Virus record (IMG/VR): IMGVR_UViG_2597489870_000003
DNA: 39,433 nt
DNA from: a virus
Lineage: Duplodnaviria; Heunggongvirae; Uroviricota; Caudoviricetes
Reading direction: 5' to 3' (one strand)
Below the pieces are notes generated by a model. The model searched no databases, was not told the DNA's origin, and saw nothing but the letters and a program-made list of their open reading frames with translations. This document shows, in pieces, positions 25,902 through 34,914 of this stretch; position 1 is the first letter of the stretch; each line of letters begins with the position of its first letter. Made by a program: the position numbers and the translations under genes.

Positions 25902-26947
25902 TGAGCAGAAAAAATAAAAAAGTGCGCATGAGTTCACGCATTGATCTCGCTGATGCGCTCAGGAAAGAATCATCGCTCAGTGCATTCACATTTGATGGTC
26001 CTTATCGCCTGACCGGGCATGACCTGCTGGACAATATGTACTGTGCTGATAACGGGCGGTGGTATGAAACCCCGGTGGACTGGTACGGTCTGGCAAGAGC
26101 TGCCCGGCAAACGTCCTGGCATCAGTCTGCGCTTTACTTTAAGCGTAATGTATTGCTCGGTTGCTACATCCCGCACCCGCTGCTTTCCCGGCAGGATTTC
26201 TCGGCGCTGACGCTGGACTGGTTTGTGTTCGGTAACGCATTCCTTGAGCTTCGAAGCAATATGCTCGGCGAACCGCTTAAATTACGGCACGCCCTGGCGA
26301 AATACATGCGACGCGGAAGCGATCTTGAATCATGGTGGTATGTGCAGGATGGCAAGGATGCGTTTCAGTTTCGCCCTGGCAAAGTGTGCCACCTGATGAA
26401 TCCTGACATTAACCAGGAAATCTACGGCATGCCGGAATATCTCGGCGCATTACTCTCGGCCAGCCTGTCTCATTCGGCGGACATGTTCAGAAAACTGTAT
26501 TACGACAACGGATCCCACGCCGGGTGCATCATCTACATCGGTGCAGCGCAGGTAAACCGCGAAAGCATGGACTCCCTGAAAGAAACATTACAGGGTGCAC
26601 GTGGTGGTGGTGCATTTAAAAACGTGCTCATTCATGCGCCCAACGGGGGCAAAGAGGGGGTGCAAATTTTGCCGTTCCAGCAGATCACCGCAAAAGATGA
26701 GTTCATGAATGTTAAGGCGGCATCCCGTGATGATGTGCTGGCTGCGCACCGTGTTCCGCCGCAACTGATGGGGGCGATGCCGGGCGAAAAAAGTGCGTTT
26801 GGTGATGTGGAGAAGGCCGCGCGGGTTTACGCAATTAACGAGCTGATGCCCGTTATGGAGGCCATGAAGCACATCAATGACTGGCTTGGCGAAGAGGTGA
26901 TCCGTTTTAACTCTTATGCTCTTCTTGATGAAAAAACAGCCCCGTGA
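25901..26947 (+). CDS. Portal protein (P2 gpQ-like)
   Basis: 348 aa; start overlaps the P stop; hairpin terminator CAGCCCCGTGATGGGGCTG at its 3' end. Confidence 0.9.
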   Translation: MSRKNKKVRMSSRIDLADALRKESSLSAFTFDGPYRLTGHDLLDNMYCADNGRWYETPVDWYGLARAARQTSWHQSALYFKRNVLLGCYIPHPLLSRQDFSALTLDWFVFGNAFLELRSNMLGEPLKLRHALAKYMRRGSDLESWWYVQDGKDAFQFRPGKVCHLMNPDINQEIYGMPEYLGALLSASLSHSADMFRKLYYDNGSHAGCIIYIGAAQVNRESMDSLKETLQGARGGGAFKNVLIHAPNGGKEGVQILPFQQITAKDEFMNVKAASRDDVLAAHRVPPQLMGAMPGEKSAFGDVEKAARVYAINELMPVMEAMKHINDWLGEEVIRFNSYALLDEKTAP

Positions 26948-27122
26948 TGGGGCTGTCCTTTTTACCAGAGCTGAACCATTTTCTGGGTGCCGTCAGGCTT
27001 GAGATTATCAATTTCAGAGAAAACGTAATATTGAATGGCTTCACAAACGGTGGTGTAGGGTGAATTACCTTCTTTAAGTGGCACGATATTATTATTAACG
27101 CGAACCTGGTAATGACTCCAAC

Positions 27123-27626
27123 TTATTGATAGTGTTTTATGTTCAGATAATGCCCGATGACTTTGTCATGCAGCTCCACCGATTTTGAGAACGACAGCGA
27201 CTTCCGTCCCAGCCGTGCCAGGTGCTGCCTCAGATTCAGGTTATGCCGCTCAATTCGCTGCGTATATCGCTTGCTGATTACGTGCAGCTTTCCCTTCAGG
27301 CGGGATTCATACAGCGGCCAGCCATCCGTCATCCATATCACCACGTCAAAGGGTGACAGCAGGCTCATAAGACGCCCCAGCGTCGCCATAGTGCGTTCAC
27401 CGAATACGTGCGCAACAACCGTCTTCCGGAGCCTGTCATACGCGTAAAACAGCCAGCGCTGGCGCGATTTAGCCCCGACGTATCCCCACTGTTCGTCCAT
27501 TTCCGCGCAGACGATGACGTCACTGCCCGGCTGTATGCGCGAGGTTACCGACTGCGGCCTGAGTTTTTTAAATGGCGGAAAATCGTGTTGAGGCCAACGC
27601 CCATAATGCGGGCGGTTGCCCGGCAT
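27123..27626 (-). CDS. insB: IS1 transposase InsB reading frame (expressed as InsAB' by frameshift)
   Basis: 167-aa ORF matching IS1 InsB as recalled. Confidence 0.93.
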   Translation of the reverse strand: MPGNRPHYGRWPQHDFPPFKKLRPQSVTSRIQPGSDVIVCAEMDEQWGYVGAKSRQRWLFYAYDRLRKTVVAHVFGERTMATLGRLMSLLSPFDVVIWMTDGWPLYESRLKGKLHVISKRYTQRIERHNLNLRQHLARLGRKSLSFSKSVELHDKVIGHYLNIKHYQ

Positions 27627-27820
27627 CCAACGCCATTCATGGCCATATCAATGATTTTCTGGTGCGTACCGGGTTGAGAAGCGGTGTAAGTGAACTGCAG
27701 TTGCCATGTTTTACGGCAGTGAGAGCAGAGATAGCGCTGATGTCCGGCGGTGCTTTTGCCGTTACGCACCACCCCGTCAGTAGCTGAACAGGAGGGACAG
27801 CTGATAGAAACAGAAGCCAC
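27545..27820 (-). CDS. insA: IS1 InsA (transposition inhibitor / N-terminal part of transposase)
   Basis: 91-aa ORF with [23 protein letters not shown]... zinc-finger N-terminus. Confidence 0.93.
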   Translation of the reverse strand: MASVSISCPSCSATDGVVRNGKSTAGHQRYLCSHCRKTWQLQFTYTASQPGTHQKIIDMAMNGVGCRATARIMGVGLNTIFRHLKNSGRSR

Positions 27821-28790
27821 TGGAGCACCTCAAAAACACCATCATACACTAAATCAGTAAGTTGGCATCATCACCCGCGAACCTGTATTTCATCGTTATA
27901 CATTGCGATCGAAAGAGGAGTATGCACGAAGGCGACTTCGCCAGGTGTGTCGTCAACCACTGTCTCAATGCTGAAAATCAGTTTTCGCTCATCATTGCCG
28001 CCCCTTGCTTTGGGGGTAGCGGCAGGGATCTGAGATAAAGGCATTCTGCGAAATCCTTCGGCTGCTTCCAGTCCGCATGAAACGTAATGCTGGCGATTAC
28101 CGTCGCTATCTGTCCAGGTCTGTGATGGCAGCTCCAGCGAGATTTCATAAGCATCAACAATGCCCTGGGCAAGGCGTACAAGCGGGGTCAGATCTTCATT
28201 GCGGCGAAAGCTCTCCTTTACCTGCTCCCGTTTTTCTCTTAACTGCTTGTAATTAATGACCATAAGACAGCCTCCATTGATTTCTTTGCTCGTATTTTGC
28301 ACTTACGAAGTATGGTCGGCAAGGTGCCGTATCGCTGACGCGCTTCGCTTGTCTGCTGCTTCGCCGGGGCATAAAAAATTTATGCCCCGACTCTCCAGCT
28401 CCTGTATCAATCAGATAATTTCACGACGCCTTCCAGTTTATCGCCACCATCGACGGTCAGACTCTTACGCAATCCCACCACGTTGACTGTATGTTCTCGC
28501 TGCCTCAGTGCGATTTTGACGGCCTTACCTTTCACCCCATCAAATCAAAAGCCCTCACGCCTTTTTCATGCTCAGCGTGAGAAATATGGCCATTCTGTTG
28601 TGTCTCTGCGACATCGTTCAGGGAATGCTATTTACCCCCTGAAACGCGGGCTGTTCCCCCGTCACCTGCGCGTAGAAAAAACGCGTTTTTTGTGCACGTA
28701 CGGATCCTTGACGGATCCAGCCGCCACGCGGGCCGGAAGTACAAAAAGTCGTTCAAAAAAATTGTGCAAACTTGTGCACTATCGTGCAAA

Positions 28791-28815
28791 CAAAAAAAGC
28801 GCCTTATCGGCGCTT
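28791..28815 (-). terminator. Rho-independent terminator downstream of the 89-aa ORF
   Basis: On the minus strand: AGCGCCGATAAGGCGCT followed by TTTTTTT. Confidence 0.7.
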
Positions 28816-28823
28816 CAAAAATA

Positions 28824-29093
28824 TCAATTGTTGCTGTGTATTAATCGCCAACCACGAACATATGCTTCATAAGCATCTCTGTGCCTTACAGTTCCAGCCT
28901 GGCTAAACGGAATGTTAGCTAAAACTAAATCATTCTGAGCCATAGCGCGTCCTTCAAGCGCATCTTTTATGCCTAGCTCAAAAGCACAGGCAGCGCATTT
29001 GTGCCGACCTTCTTGTCCTTGATATTCAGGGAGAGACAGAAATGTTGGGTTATAACGATGAGGGTTCTTGCAAATACCTGTTTTAGCCCGCAC
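28824..29093 (-). CDS. Hypothetical 89-aa Cys-containing protein (accessory gene near packaging site)
   Basis: GTG start with GAGGT Shine-Dalgarno; Cys cluster (C8, C33, C36); own promoter and structured leader; no family recognised. Confidence 0.5.
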   Translation of the reverse strand: MRAKTGICKNPHRYNPTFLSLPEYQGQEGRHKCAACAFELGIKDALEGRAMAQNDLVLANIPFSQAGTVRHRDAYEAYVRGWRLIHSNN

Positions 29094-29330
29094 TTTATTT
29101 ACCTCATAGGAAAAATATGCGTGCCTTTACAGAGGTGCGTGTAAGCAATAAAATATACGACGCACATTTTGATTTACTTCGGAAGGCACGCATATCAGGT
29201 TAAGTGAGTCCGACCGAGTTCTACGCCCCAATAGTTGCTGCTATTGGGGCGTTTTGCATGGACAATGCCGCGCAATTATCTTGTCGCTCACAATGCGAAC
29301 GATCTTACAAAAAGGCACATTACTGTCAAG
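29094..29330 (-). promoter_or_regulatory. Sigma70-like promoter plus roughly 200-nt structured leader of the 89-aa ORF
   Basis: Minus strand TTGACA (29329-29324), 16-nt spacer, TAAGAT (29307-29302); leader contains a 10-bp-stem hairpin (29224-29251) and a 13-bp inverted repeat ATATGCGTGCCTT/AAGGCACGCATAT whose distal arm is followed by TTTTT just before the ribosome-binding site. Confidence 0.45.
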
Positions 29331-29457
29331 ATAATTGATCGTTTTAATCGATAGATAATAGACAATCTATTTGTTTAACAGATCGATTATTGAAGTAAGT
29401 GCGCCAAATGGAATGATACTGTTTCTATAAATGTGAGCATTTTTCGCGCAGATGCTT

Positions 29458-29769
29458 TTACCCAGGAAATAACGCCCGGATATTCCCAGCCATCTGGCTG
29501 GTTATCTTAGCCACTGGTGCAGACTGTGCTTCAAACTTTTTTGAGCTGATTTGTGTCACAGGTAACATCTCATCATCAGCCCATGCGGCCAGTCGGTAAG
29601 CCTCTGCCGGATTCGTCTTCAGAAGTGCCAGCCCGGCCAGAAAAGCCACGCGTTGGCCGCTTTTGCGGGCTTCTGGTGTAAGGCTGTCCAGCCAGGCGCA
29701 TGCTTCTCCTTCGTTCTTGACGGCAGCTGGCTTCAGATAGAAACTTATTCTTCTGGTTGGTGTCGTCAT
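29458..29769 (-). CDS. parR: ParR/StbB-like centromere-binding adaptor protein
   Basis: 103 aa directly downstream of the parM-like gene; resembles R1 ParR as recalled (R.I.F.L.P...LDS.P...R...A.LAGLAL...NP, C-terminal NI..LFP). Confidence 0.7.
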   Translation of the reverse strand: MTTPTRRISFYLKPAAVKNEGEACAWLDSLTPEARKSGQRVAFLAGLALLKTNPAEAYRLAAWADDEMLPVTQISSKKFEAQSAPVAKITSQMAGNIRALFPG

Positions 29770-29773
29770 TGGT

Positions 29774-30733
29774 TTACTCCTTGTTCATTGCGTACAGCCC
29801 ATTAACCAGAGCAAACTGTGGCACCCCGTCCGCGATGAAAGTCGCATTAACTCCGCAGGCTTCGCGGATAGCGGGTGCCACAATCTCCGCCCCTCCACCG
29901 ACAACCATCACCCGCCCGTAACCGGAAAAACCCGCCAGCGCGCGGATCACTCGTTGTTTCAGTGTCTCCTCCTTTTCACGAATAACCGCCATCAGGCTGT
30001 TGTAATGCGCGTCATTGTGAATGTGCTGGCGCAGCCAGGCTTCATCGTGACGGTGCTCAATAATGGTATTGGCGATGTGGTGACTGGTACGCATACCGTT
30101 AGTGGCCATCACCGACAGCACGGCATCAGCCATCAGGGAAACGCCTACGTTTGGATCGCAAAACACCTGGCTGATACCTGCCAGCTGCCCCTGAACCTTT
30201 GCCACATCCAGCGTGGTTCCGCCCAAATCCACAATCAGCAGGGATTCAAACGGACTCATGTCAGCCAGTGCCTTAAAGCCAGCCGGAATGGATTCAGGCA
30301 TAACCCGTACGTTACGGATAGTGAATGCTTCGCCGTTCTGGTACTCCACCGGGCGCATGACGTTCGCTTTTTTGCGGTTGATGTTGGCCATGTCCGGCTG
30401 TGCGTTTGTGTCGAAATACTCGCTCAGTGGCAGGGTGACAACCACATCCACCTCCTGTGGCGTGATGCCTGATTTGACCAGCGCGTGATGAATGGCGATT
30501 ACATTCACATCGCTGTACTGGTATTGCGTGTCAGTCGTCTGGACAAAACGATCGCTGACCGGATCAAAGCCATAGCGCACGCCATCAAGCATGTAGTTCG
30601 CGGGATGCGTGCCACCGAACGGCGCAGACCATTCCGACTTGAAGCTGTTCGGGCTGATGGCGTTGCGGCGTTCGCCGTTCTCAGTCCATGCCAGCTTGAT
30701 GTTGGTGGAGCCGTCGTCGATACAAATTTTCAT
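29774..30733 (-). CDS. parM: ParM/StbA-like actin-fold partition ATPase
   Basis: 319 aa; IDDGSTNIKL.W, ISPNSFK.EW, YSDVNV.A.HHAL, PESIPAG, DLGGTTLD, GGGAE, LVNG.Y motifs match plasmid R1 ParM/StbA as recalled. Confidence 0.85.
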   Translation of the reverse strand: MKICIDDGSTNIKLAWTENGERRNAISPNSFKSEWSAPFGGTHPANYMLDGVRYGFDPVSDRFVQTTDTQYQYSDVNVIAIHHALVKSGITPQEVDVVVTLPLSEYFDTNAQPDMANINRKKANVMRPVEYQNGEAFTIRNVRVMPESIPAGFKALADMSPFESLLIVDLGGTTLDVAKVQGQLAGISQVFCDPNVGVSLMADAVLSVMATNGMRTSHHIANTIIEHRHDEAWLRQHIHNDAHYNSLMAVIREKEETLKQRVIRALAGFSGYGRVMVVGGGAEIVAPAIREACGVNATFIADGVPQFALVNGLYAMNKE

Positions 30734-30880
30734 GTCGATTTTCCTTATGTTGGTTAATTAACCGTTTACGGGATTTTTAAATCCCGCTTTCGCCTGTTTT
30801 GTGCGCGCTTCATATATCGCGGCGCGTTTTTTGCTCATTTACGGGATTTGTGGATCCCGTTTCTGTCTGTTTTTTGTTTC
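30734..30880. promoter_or_regulatory. parC-like centromere/operator: two 39-bp direct repeats with internal palindromes flanking the putative parM promoter
   Basis: TTTACGGGATTTTTAAATCCCGCTTTCGCCTGTTTTGTG (30765-30803) and TTTACGGGATTTGTGGATCCCGTTTCTGTCTGTTTTTTG (30838-30876); the second overlaps the 3' end of gene A. Confidence 0.55.
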
Positions 30881-33617
30881 CACTGGTCAGGCCACCCTGC
30901 AGCAGGTCTGCTTTGCGGCTGGCGCGTTCAGTGGTTTCACTGATTCTCTGTGCGTGCTCTGCGTCGCGGATGGCGCGCAGCATGTCAGAAAGCACGGTAA
31001 CGGGTGTTTTCATGGTGTTCTGATCCTGCTGAAGTGCGGATGCCAGGCGTGCGGCGGCTTCGGGGTCTGATGCCCCCAGCTGTGCCAGATAGCTGGCGAC
31101 CGGGTTATGGCGGATCTCCGTGCTGCTTACGCCGTGATTACGGCTCAGGTGCTGCCAGAGCTGCGTGATTCGGCTGTCCGGGCGGGTATCCGGTTTGCGT
31201 ACAATTTCATATCCCTGCGGTGCAATGATGCTGCCGTCAACGTACAGGCTGCCGCCCCGTAGCAGGTGCTGCATCTGCTGTTCACCGATATGCAGGCCGA
31301 GAGATTCGGCAGACTCCCGCCATTCTTTAGCGAGTAATTCGTGGTTATCAGGCAAAGGCCGCTGCTGTTTGCGGCTCTGTGTCCAGCTCTGCATTTCATC
31401 ACTGCTGTTTTTTGCCTGTTTGTCACGAAGCGAACGCATCAGCGCCCGGCGTTCGTGCCGTTTCAGTGAGCGCATCCATTCGTTCACTTCAACGCCGTCA
31501 GGAAGCTGCGGCCACGGTGCTGGCCGTTCTTTCGACTGTTCTGTCCCGCTGTTGCCTGTTTCCTGTACACGGGGACAGTTATTGCCACGAGTCCAAGGGG
31601 CGGCAGGGCCGCCCTGAAGGTCAAAACCATTTTCGCGGGCGCTGTCTTCCGCTTCCGGTTTGCGTCTTACCAGCTTCCAGTTATCCGGATGCGTGCACAC
31701 ACGGGAAGACTCCCCGATGAGTGGTGACCAGATCCCGTAAATCTGTACGCTCTGTTCGCCGTAATCGTTCAGCTCATCTGCGAGGTCGTAGGCGGTGCGA
31801 ATCAGGTAGTCTTTGCGTGGAACAAGTACGCCGCCCTGTTTCTCTATGTAGGTGGCAAAACATCCTGCATCAGCGGCAGCGAGTACCGCATCCATTGCGT
31901 CATCCTTCAGCCGTTGCGGGCCTTCCGGGTTGCGTGCCATCTGGCTGGCAAGGCGGCGGAGTTCACGCCACACCTGACGGGAGGGGATGCCAAAGAACTG
32001 GAACTGGCGGACCCGGTGAAGGCGCGCCCAGCCGATGGCGCGTTCCACGCTCTCGGCCATTGATTTTCCGGTTTCGTGGTCAACGCGTGGCTTGCCCGTT
32101 TTCTGGTCGATGCCATCCACGGCGCGGCTGTCCAGGTTCTTTCCGATGTAGGTGGCGATGTAGCTGGTTGGTGTGCCTTTTGAGCCGTCTACGTACTCCG
32201 CCTTAAAACGCGGAGTTATGTCATCGCCCAGCTCGTGGCGGTCTTCCTGAATGGCAATATCGCAGACGTGGGACACGATGGTTTCAATCTCGTCCGGATG
32301 TGCAAAGACCATCATATGCCAGTGCACGGTGCCGTCATGGTGAGGCTCCACCGTGCGGATGCCATACCAGCGCAGGCCGTCGCGGTTCAGTTTCTTGCGG
32401 ACCGCCGCAAAAAACGTGTTAACCAGGTAATCGCTGGAGTCGCGCATGGTGGCCCCGTTCCATTTGGGATTCGGATGACCGTTCTCTGTTGTGGCGTGGT
32501 ATTTTGACGGGCAGGTGACAGTCAGAAACACCGCTTTGTCGCCACGGGCTTCGGCCAGAAGTTCCAGCCCCTTCATGGTGGCCATCATTTCTGCCTTACG
32601 GTGAACCGGGTTACTTACTCCCGCGTAATACACTGTCTCGAGATCAATCGTGAACCCGTCTTCGTTTTCCAGCATGAAACTTTTCAGGAAATCGCGTGTT
32701 TTCTCGCGCTGTGCGCGAAACTCGCTTAACGCGTCCTGGCTCAGATAGGGTGATGTTTTTCTGGAAACCAGACAGGCGGCGCGGAGTTGTTCTTCTCTCC
32801 ACTCGCAACGTAACAGCCACAATTTGCGTTTCCACCATTCCGCACAGGTCAGGCGAAGGATTGCGCCCGGTAACAGTTCCGTATCCGGATCGCTCTTGTT
32901 CAGGGCTTCGTAATGTGGCGGCATGATGTGCAGGCGTAATGCGATACGGGCCAGCATCCGGTAAGCCTTCAACATTACATCCATGGTCAGCTCGCCATCT
33001 CTGGCACCAAAGCCATCGCAGAGTGTTTCGAAGGTGCTGCTGAACATCGCCGCCGTCATGGTGGCCAGCGTCTGTATCTGGTGCTTGTTGAGCTGCGGCA
33101 GGTAAAGCAAATCGTCCAGGCGTTCGCGCCCGGCAAGGGAGCGATAACCCGGTGTCAGCCAGCGCCCGTCAGTGCGATCCAGACGTTCGAATATTTTGCG
33201 CAGGGTCCCGCGCGCGTAGCGTTCAGCCTGCTGGTTCTTTTTACCTTTCTGGCGGTCAGATTCCTGTTTTTTGCGCAGGAAGGAGAGGTGGCGAATAAGC
33301 GGATCGCGCAGATAGGATGGCAGCAGGCGCAGCGAGGCCATGGCTTCATCCACCGCGCCGCGTACCTGCTTTCTGGCGTCTCCTGCCAGTGTGATGGTTT
33401 TGTCCTGTTTTTCCTGTGCGTCCAGGCTTTTATTAATCAGGTTGCCCAGCGGCGTGGCGGAGAACGCCGCATCAGCCATTTCCTGGCAGCGCTCGTTCTC
33501 TGCCCGGTAGGCATCCAGCCAGGAGGAAAGCGCGGATTCAGGAGCGGGGATCCCCGTTCCTTCACGCCCCACTGCGTGGCGCGGTTGCTGCCAGTCCCTG
33601 ATGTACTCTGCCGTCAT
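30810..33617 (-). CDS. Replication initiation protein (P2 gpA-like rolling-circle nickase)
   Basis: 935-aa ORF; central ...TVTCPSKYHATTENG...HDGTVHWHMMVF... resembles the gpA nicking domain (HUH and catalytic Tyr region); position upstream of the accessory slot. Confidence 0.85.
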   Translation of the reverse strand: MTAEYIRDWQQPRHAVGREGTGIPAPESALSSWLDAYRAENERCQEMADAAFSATPLGNLINKSLDAQEKQDKTITLAGDARKQVRGAVDEAMASLRLLPSYLRDPLIRHLSFLRKKQESDRQKGKKNQQAERYARGTLRKIFERLDRTDGRWLTPGYRSLAGRERLDDLLYLPQLNKHQIQTLATMTAAMFSSTFETLCDGFGARDGELTMDVMLKAYRMLARIALRLHIMPPHYEALNKSDPDTELLPGAILRLTCAEWWKRKLWLLRCEWREEQLRAACLVSRKTSPYLSQDALSEFRAQREKTRDFLKSFMLENEDGFTIDLETVYYAGVSNPVHRKAEMMATMKGLELLAEARGDKAVFLTVTCPSKYHATTENGHPNPKWNGATMRDSSDYLVNTFFAAVRKKLNRDGLRWYGIRTVEPHHDGTVHWHMMVFAHPDEIETIVSHVCDIAIQEDRHELGDDITPRFKAEYVDGSKGTPTSYIATYIGKNLDSRAVDGIDQKTGKPRVDHETGKSMAESVERAIGWARLHRVRQFQFFGIPSRQVWRELRRLASQMARNPEGPQRLKDDAMDAVLAAADAGCFATYIEKQGGVLVPRKDYLIRTAYDLADELNDYGEQSVQIYGIWSPLIGESSRVCTHPDNWKLVRRKPEAEDSARENGFDLQGGPAAPWTRGNNCPRVQETGNSGTEQSKERPAPWPQLPDGVEVNEWMRSLKRHERRALMRSLRDKQAKNSSDEMQSWTQSRKQQRPLPDNHELLAKEWRESAESLGLHIGEQQMQHLLRGGSLYVDGSIIAPQGYEIVRKPDTRPDSRITQLWQHLSRNHGVSSTEIRHNPVASYLAQLGASDPEAAARLASALQQDQNTMKTPVTVLSDMLRAIRDAEHAQRISETTERASRKADLLQGGLTSGNKKQTETGSTNPVNEQKTRRDI

Positions 33618-33623
33618 AGTGAT

Positions 33624-33989
33624 TTACTTCGTTATGCCATTCAGGGTGTCGCGGCAGACTGTAGCCAGCCGCTGAATTTCCAGCACGGTGTCTTCTGTGT
33701 CGGCATGGCGATGTGTGATGCGGATGCTGTCGGCAATCACATCGACGATTGCAGAGGATGGGCGCTGGTAAATGCCAATAACGGACGGGGTGCCACCTTC
33801 AATGCGGTAAAGCCTGTAATTTCCCTCGTGGCTGTCAATCATGTAGCGACCATCAATAACAATCTTTCCGTCAGCGAGCTGCGGTACAGGCAGGGATTTC
33901 AGGTACATGTCATAACGTTCACGCACGCGAACGGCAAGATCACGTTCTGTGTTGAGCAGGTATTCAAGAAAGTCGTTGGCGAGAATCAT
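33624..33989 (-). CDS. Hypothetical phage early protein
   Basis: 121-aa ORF immediately upstream of A in the early operon. Confidence 0.5.
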   Translation of the reverse strand: MILANDFLEYLLNTERDLAVRVRERYDMYLKSLPVPQLADGKIVIDGRYMIDSHEGNYRLYRIEGGTPSVIGIYQRPSSAIVDVIADSIRITHRHADTEDTVLEIQRLATVCRDTLNGITK

Positions 33990-34061
33990 TGCGGCAATCC
34001 TCTTGTTACAGATGTGCGAAGGCCTCCCGCCGCAAGGTGCAGGAAAGGCCCGGAACAGGAA

Positions 34062-34292
34062 TTAATGGAGTTTGTTTTGCTGCTGGATGAGCTGCTGAAG
34101 CTCGCGCAGATCATCCGCCAGATAACTGAAAACAGCGGATGAATAGAGGTTTGAAAGTTCGCAGCTACGCTCATGCAGCATATTGATGTGCATGATTTGC
34201 GCGACGCGTGATGCGCGGGAATGTCTGCGGTTGATTTCAGTCTGGATGTGACGACGCTCCGCGATAGCGCGGTGCTGTTTGCGGTTTGCCAT
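34062..34292 (-). CDS. Hypothetical small basic phage protein
   Basis: 76-aa ORF, Arg/His-rich. Confidence 0.4.
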   Translation of the reverse strand: MANRKQHRAIAERRHIQTEINRRHSRASRVAQIMHINMLHERSCELSNLYSSAVFSYLADDLRELQQLIQQQNKLH

Positions 34293-34614
34293 GGTGTGGC
34301 CTCTACGTGTGTAAGTTTTGAAAACTCACCATCCAGAGCTGCGAAACTGTGGGTGGCGAGACGTACGAGGTTCGCAGTACCGGCAAACGCAGAACCCGGC
34401 CCGACCGAAGTCGGCCCCGTACGCCCCACCATAATTCTGATGCGAAAAAGACGTGGCGATACAGTACGCACAAAAAAACCGCTGGCGCGGTTGTGCGCTA
34501 CGTTTGTCAGCGGGCTGCGAAACCCGGCACCCGTTTTATGAGGTGCAGCGGAAATGTAACCTGACTGATTGCGGCATGGCAAGCGGTTTTTTTGTGTGTG
34601 CATGTTCTGGTTTC

Positions 34615-34914
34615 TTAGTGGTTCAGAAAAAAATCAAAAACCTTGTCAATGCGTTGCAGCAGCTCTTGCTGTATTGCTTCCGGCGTTTCCGGTTCGCCTG
34701 GCGCCTCCAACGTCGCGCAGAAATCCTCGATTTCATGACGGAGCGTCAGGCGAATGGCGAGAGGTGTGGTTCTGGCGTGCTCCAGCTCATCCAGCAGCGC
34801 CAGCACAGCAGACGGCGAGAGCATTGCGCGAAACGCCAGTAATTTTTGAGGCGTTGCCATTCGTTGCAGGTCAGTCGCCAGTTCGCGTAATTCCTTGTGG
34901 TTGATGGCGCTCAT
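34615..34914 (-). CDS. Hypothetical phage early protein
   Basis: 99-aa ORF, start overlaps the upstream gene stop. Confidence 0.5.
   Translation of the reverse strand: MSAINHKELRELATDLQRMATPQKLLAFRAMLSPSAVLALLDELEHARTTPLAIRLTLRHEIEDFCATLEAPGEPETPEAIQQELLQRIDKVFDFFLNH

Larger units (their letters stand above)
27108..27875 (-). mobile_element. IS1 insertion sequence (768 bp)
   Basis: Ends GGTAATGACTCCAACTTATTGATAGTG... and ...GTTGGCATCATCACC; flanked by 9-bp direct repeat CGCGAACCT (27099-27107 and 27876-27884). Confidence 0.95.
26962..28263 (-). pseudogene. Accessory gene of unknown function, disrupted by IS1 (about 174 aa after reconstruction)
   Basis: The 5' part (27876-28263, ATG with GGAGG Shine-Dalgarno) continues in frame across the IS1 site into 26962-27107 once IS1 and one target-duplication copy are removed; no family recognised. 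Confidence 0.6.

Noticed and set aside
28483-28872. 129-aa plus-strand ORF in the palindrome-rich non-coding stretch
   Set aside because: Arg/Ser/Cys-rich low-complexity translation over hairpins and palindromes; overlaps the minus-strand terminator and the 3' end of the 89-aa gene; more likely regulatory or packaging DNA
29224-29251. Possible tRNA-like or att-core hairpin
   Set aside because: A simple perfect stem-loop with no D-arm or T-arm; better explained as an RNA structure in the leader of the 89-aa ORF
33081-34142. 353-aa plus-strand ORF antisense to replication gene A and neighbouring early genes
   Set aside because: Antisense to well-supported genes; composition (Arg/Gly/Ala/Cys-rich) is typical of a spurious opposite-strand frame
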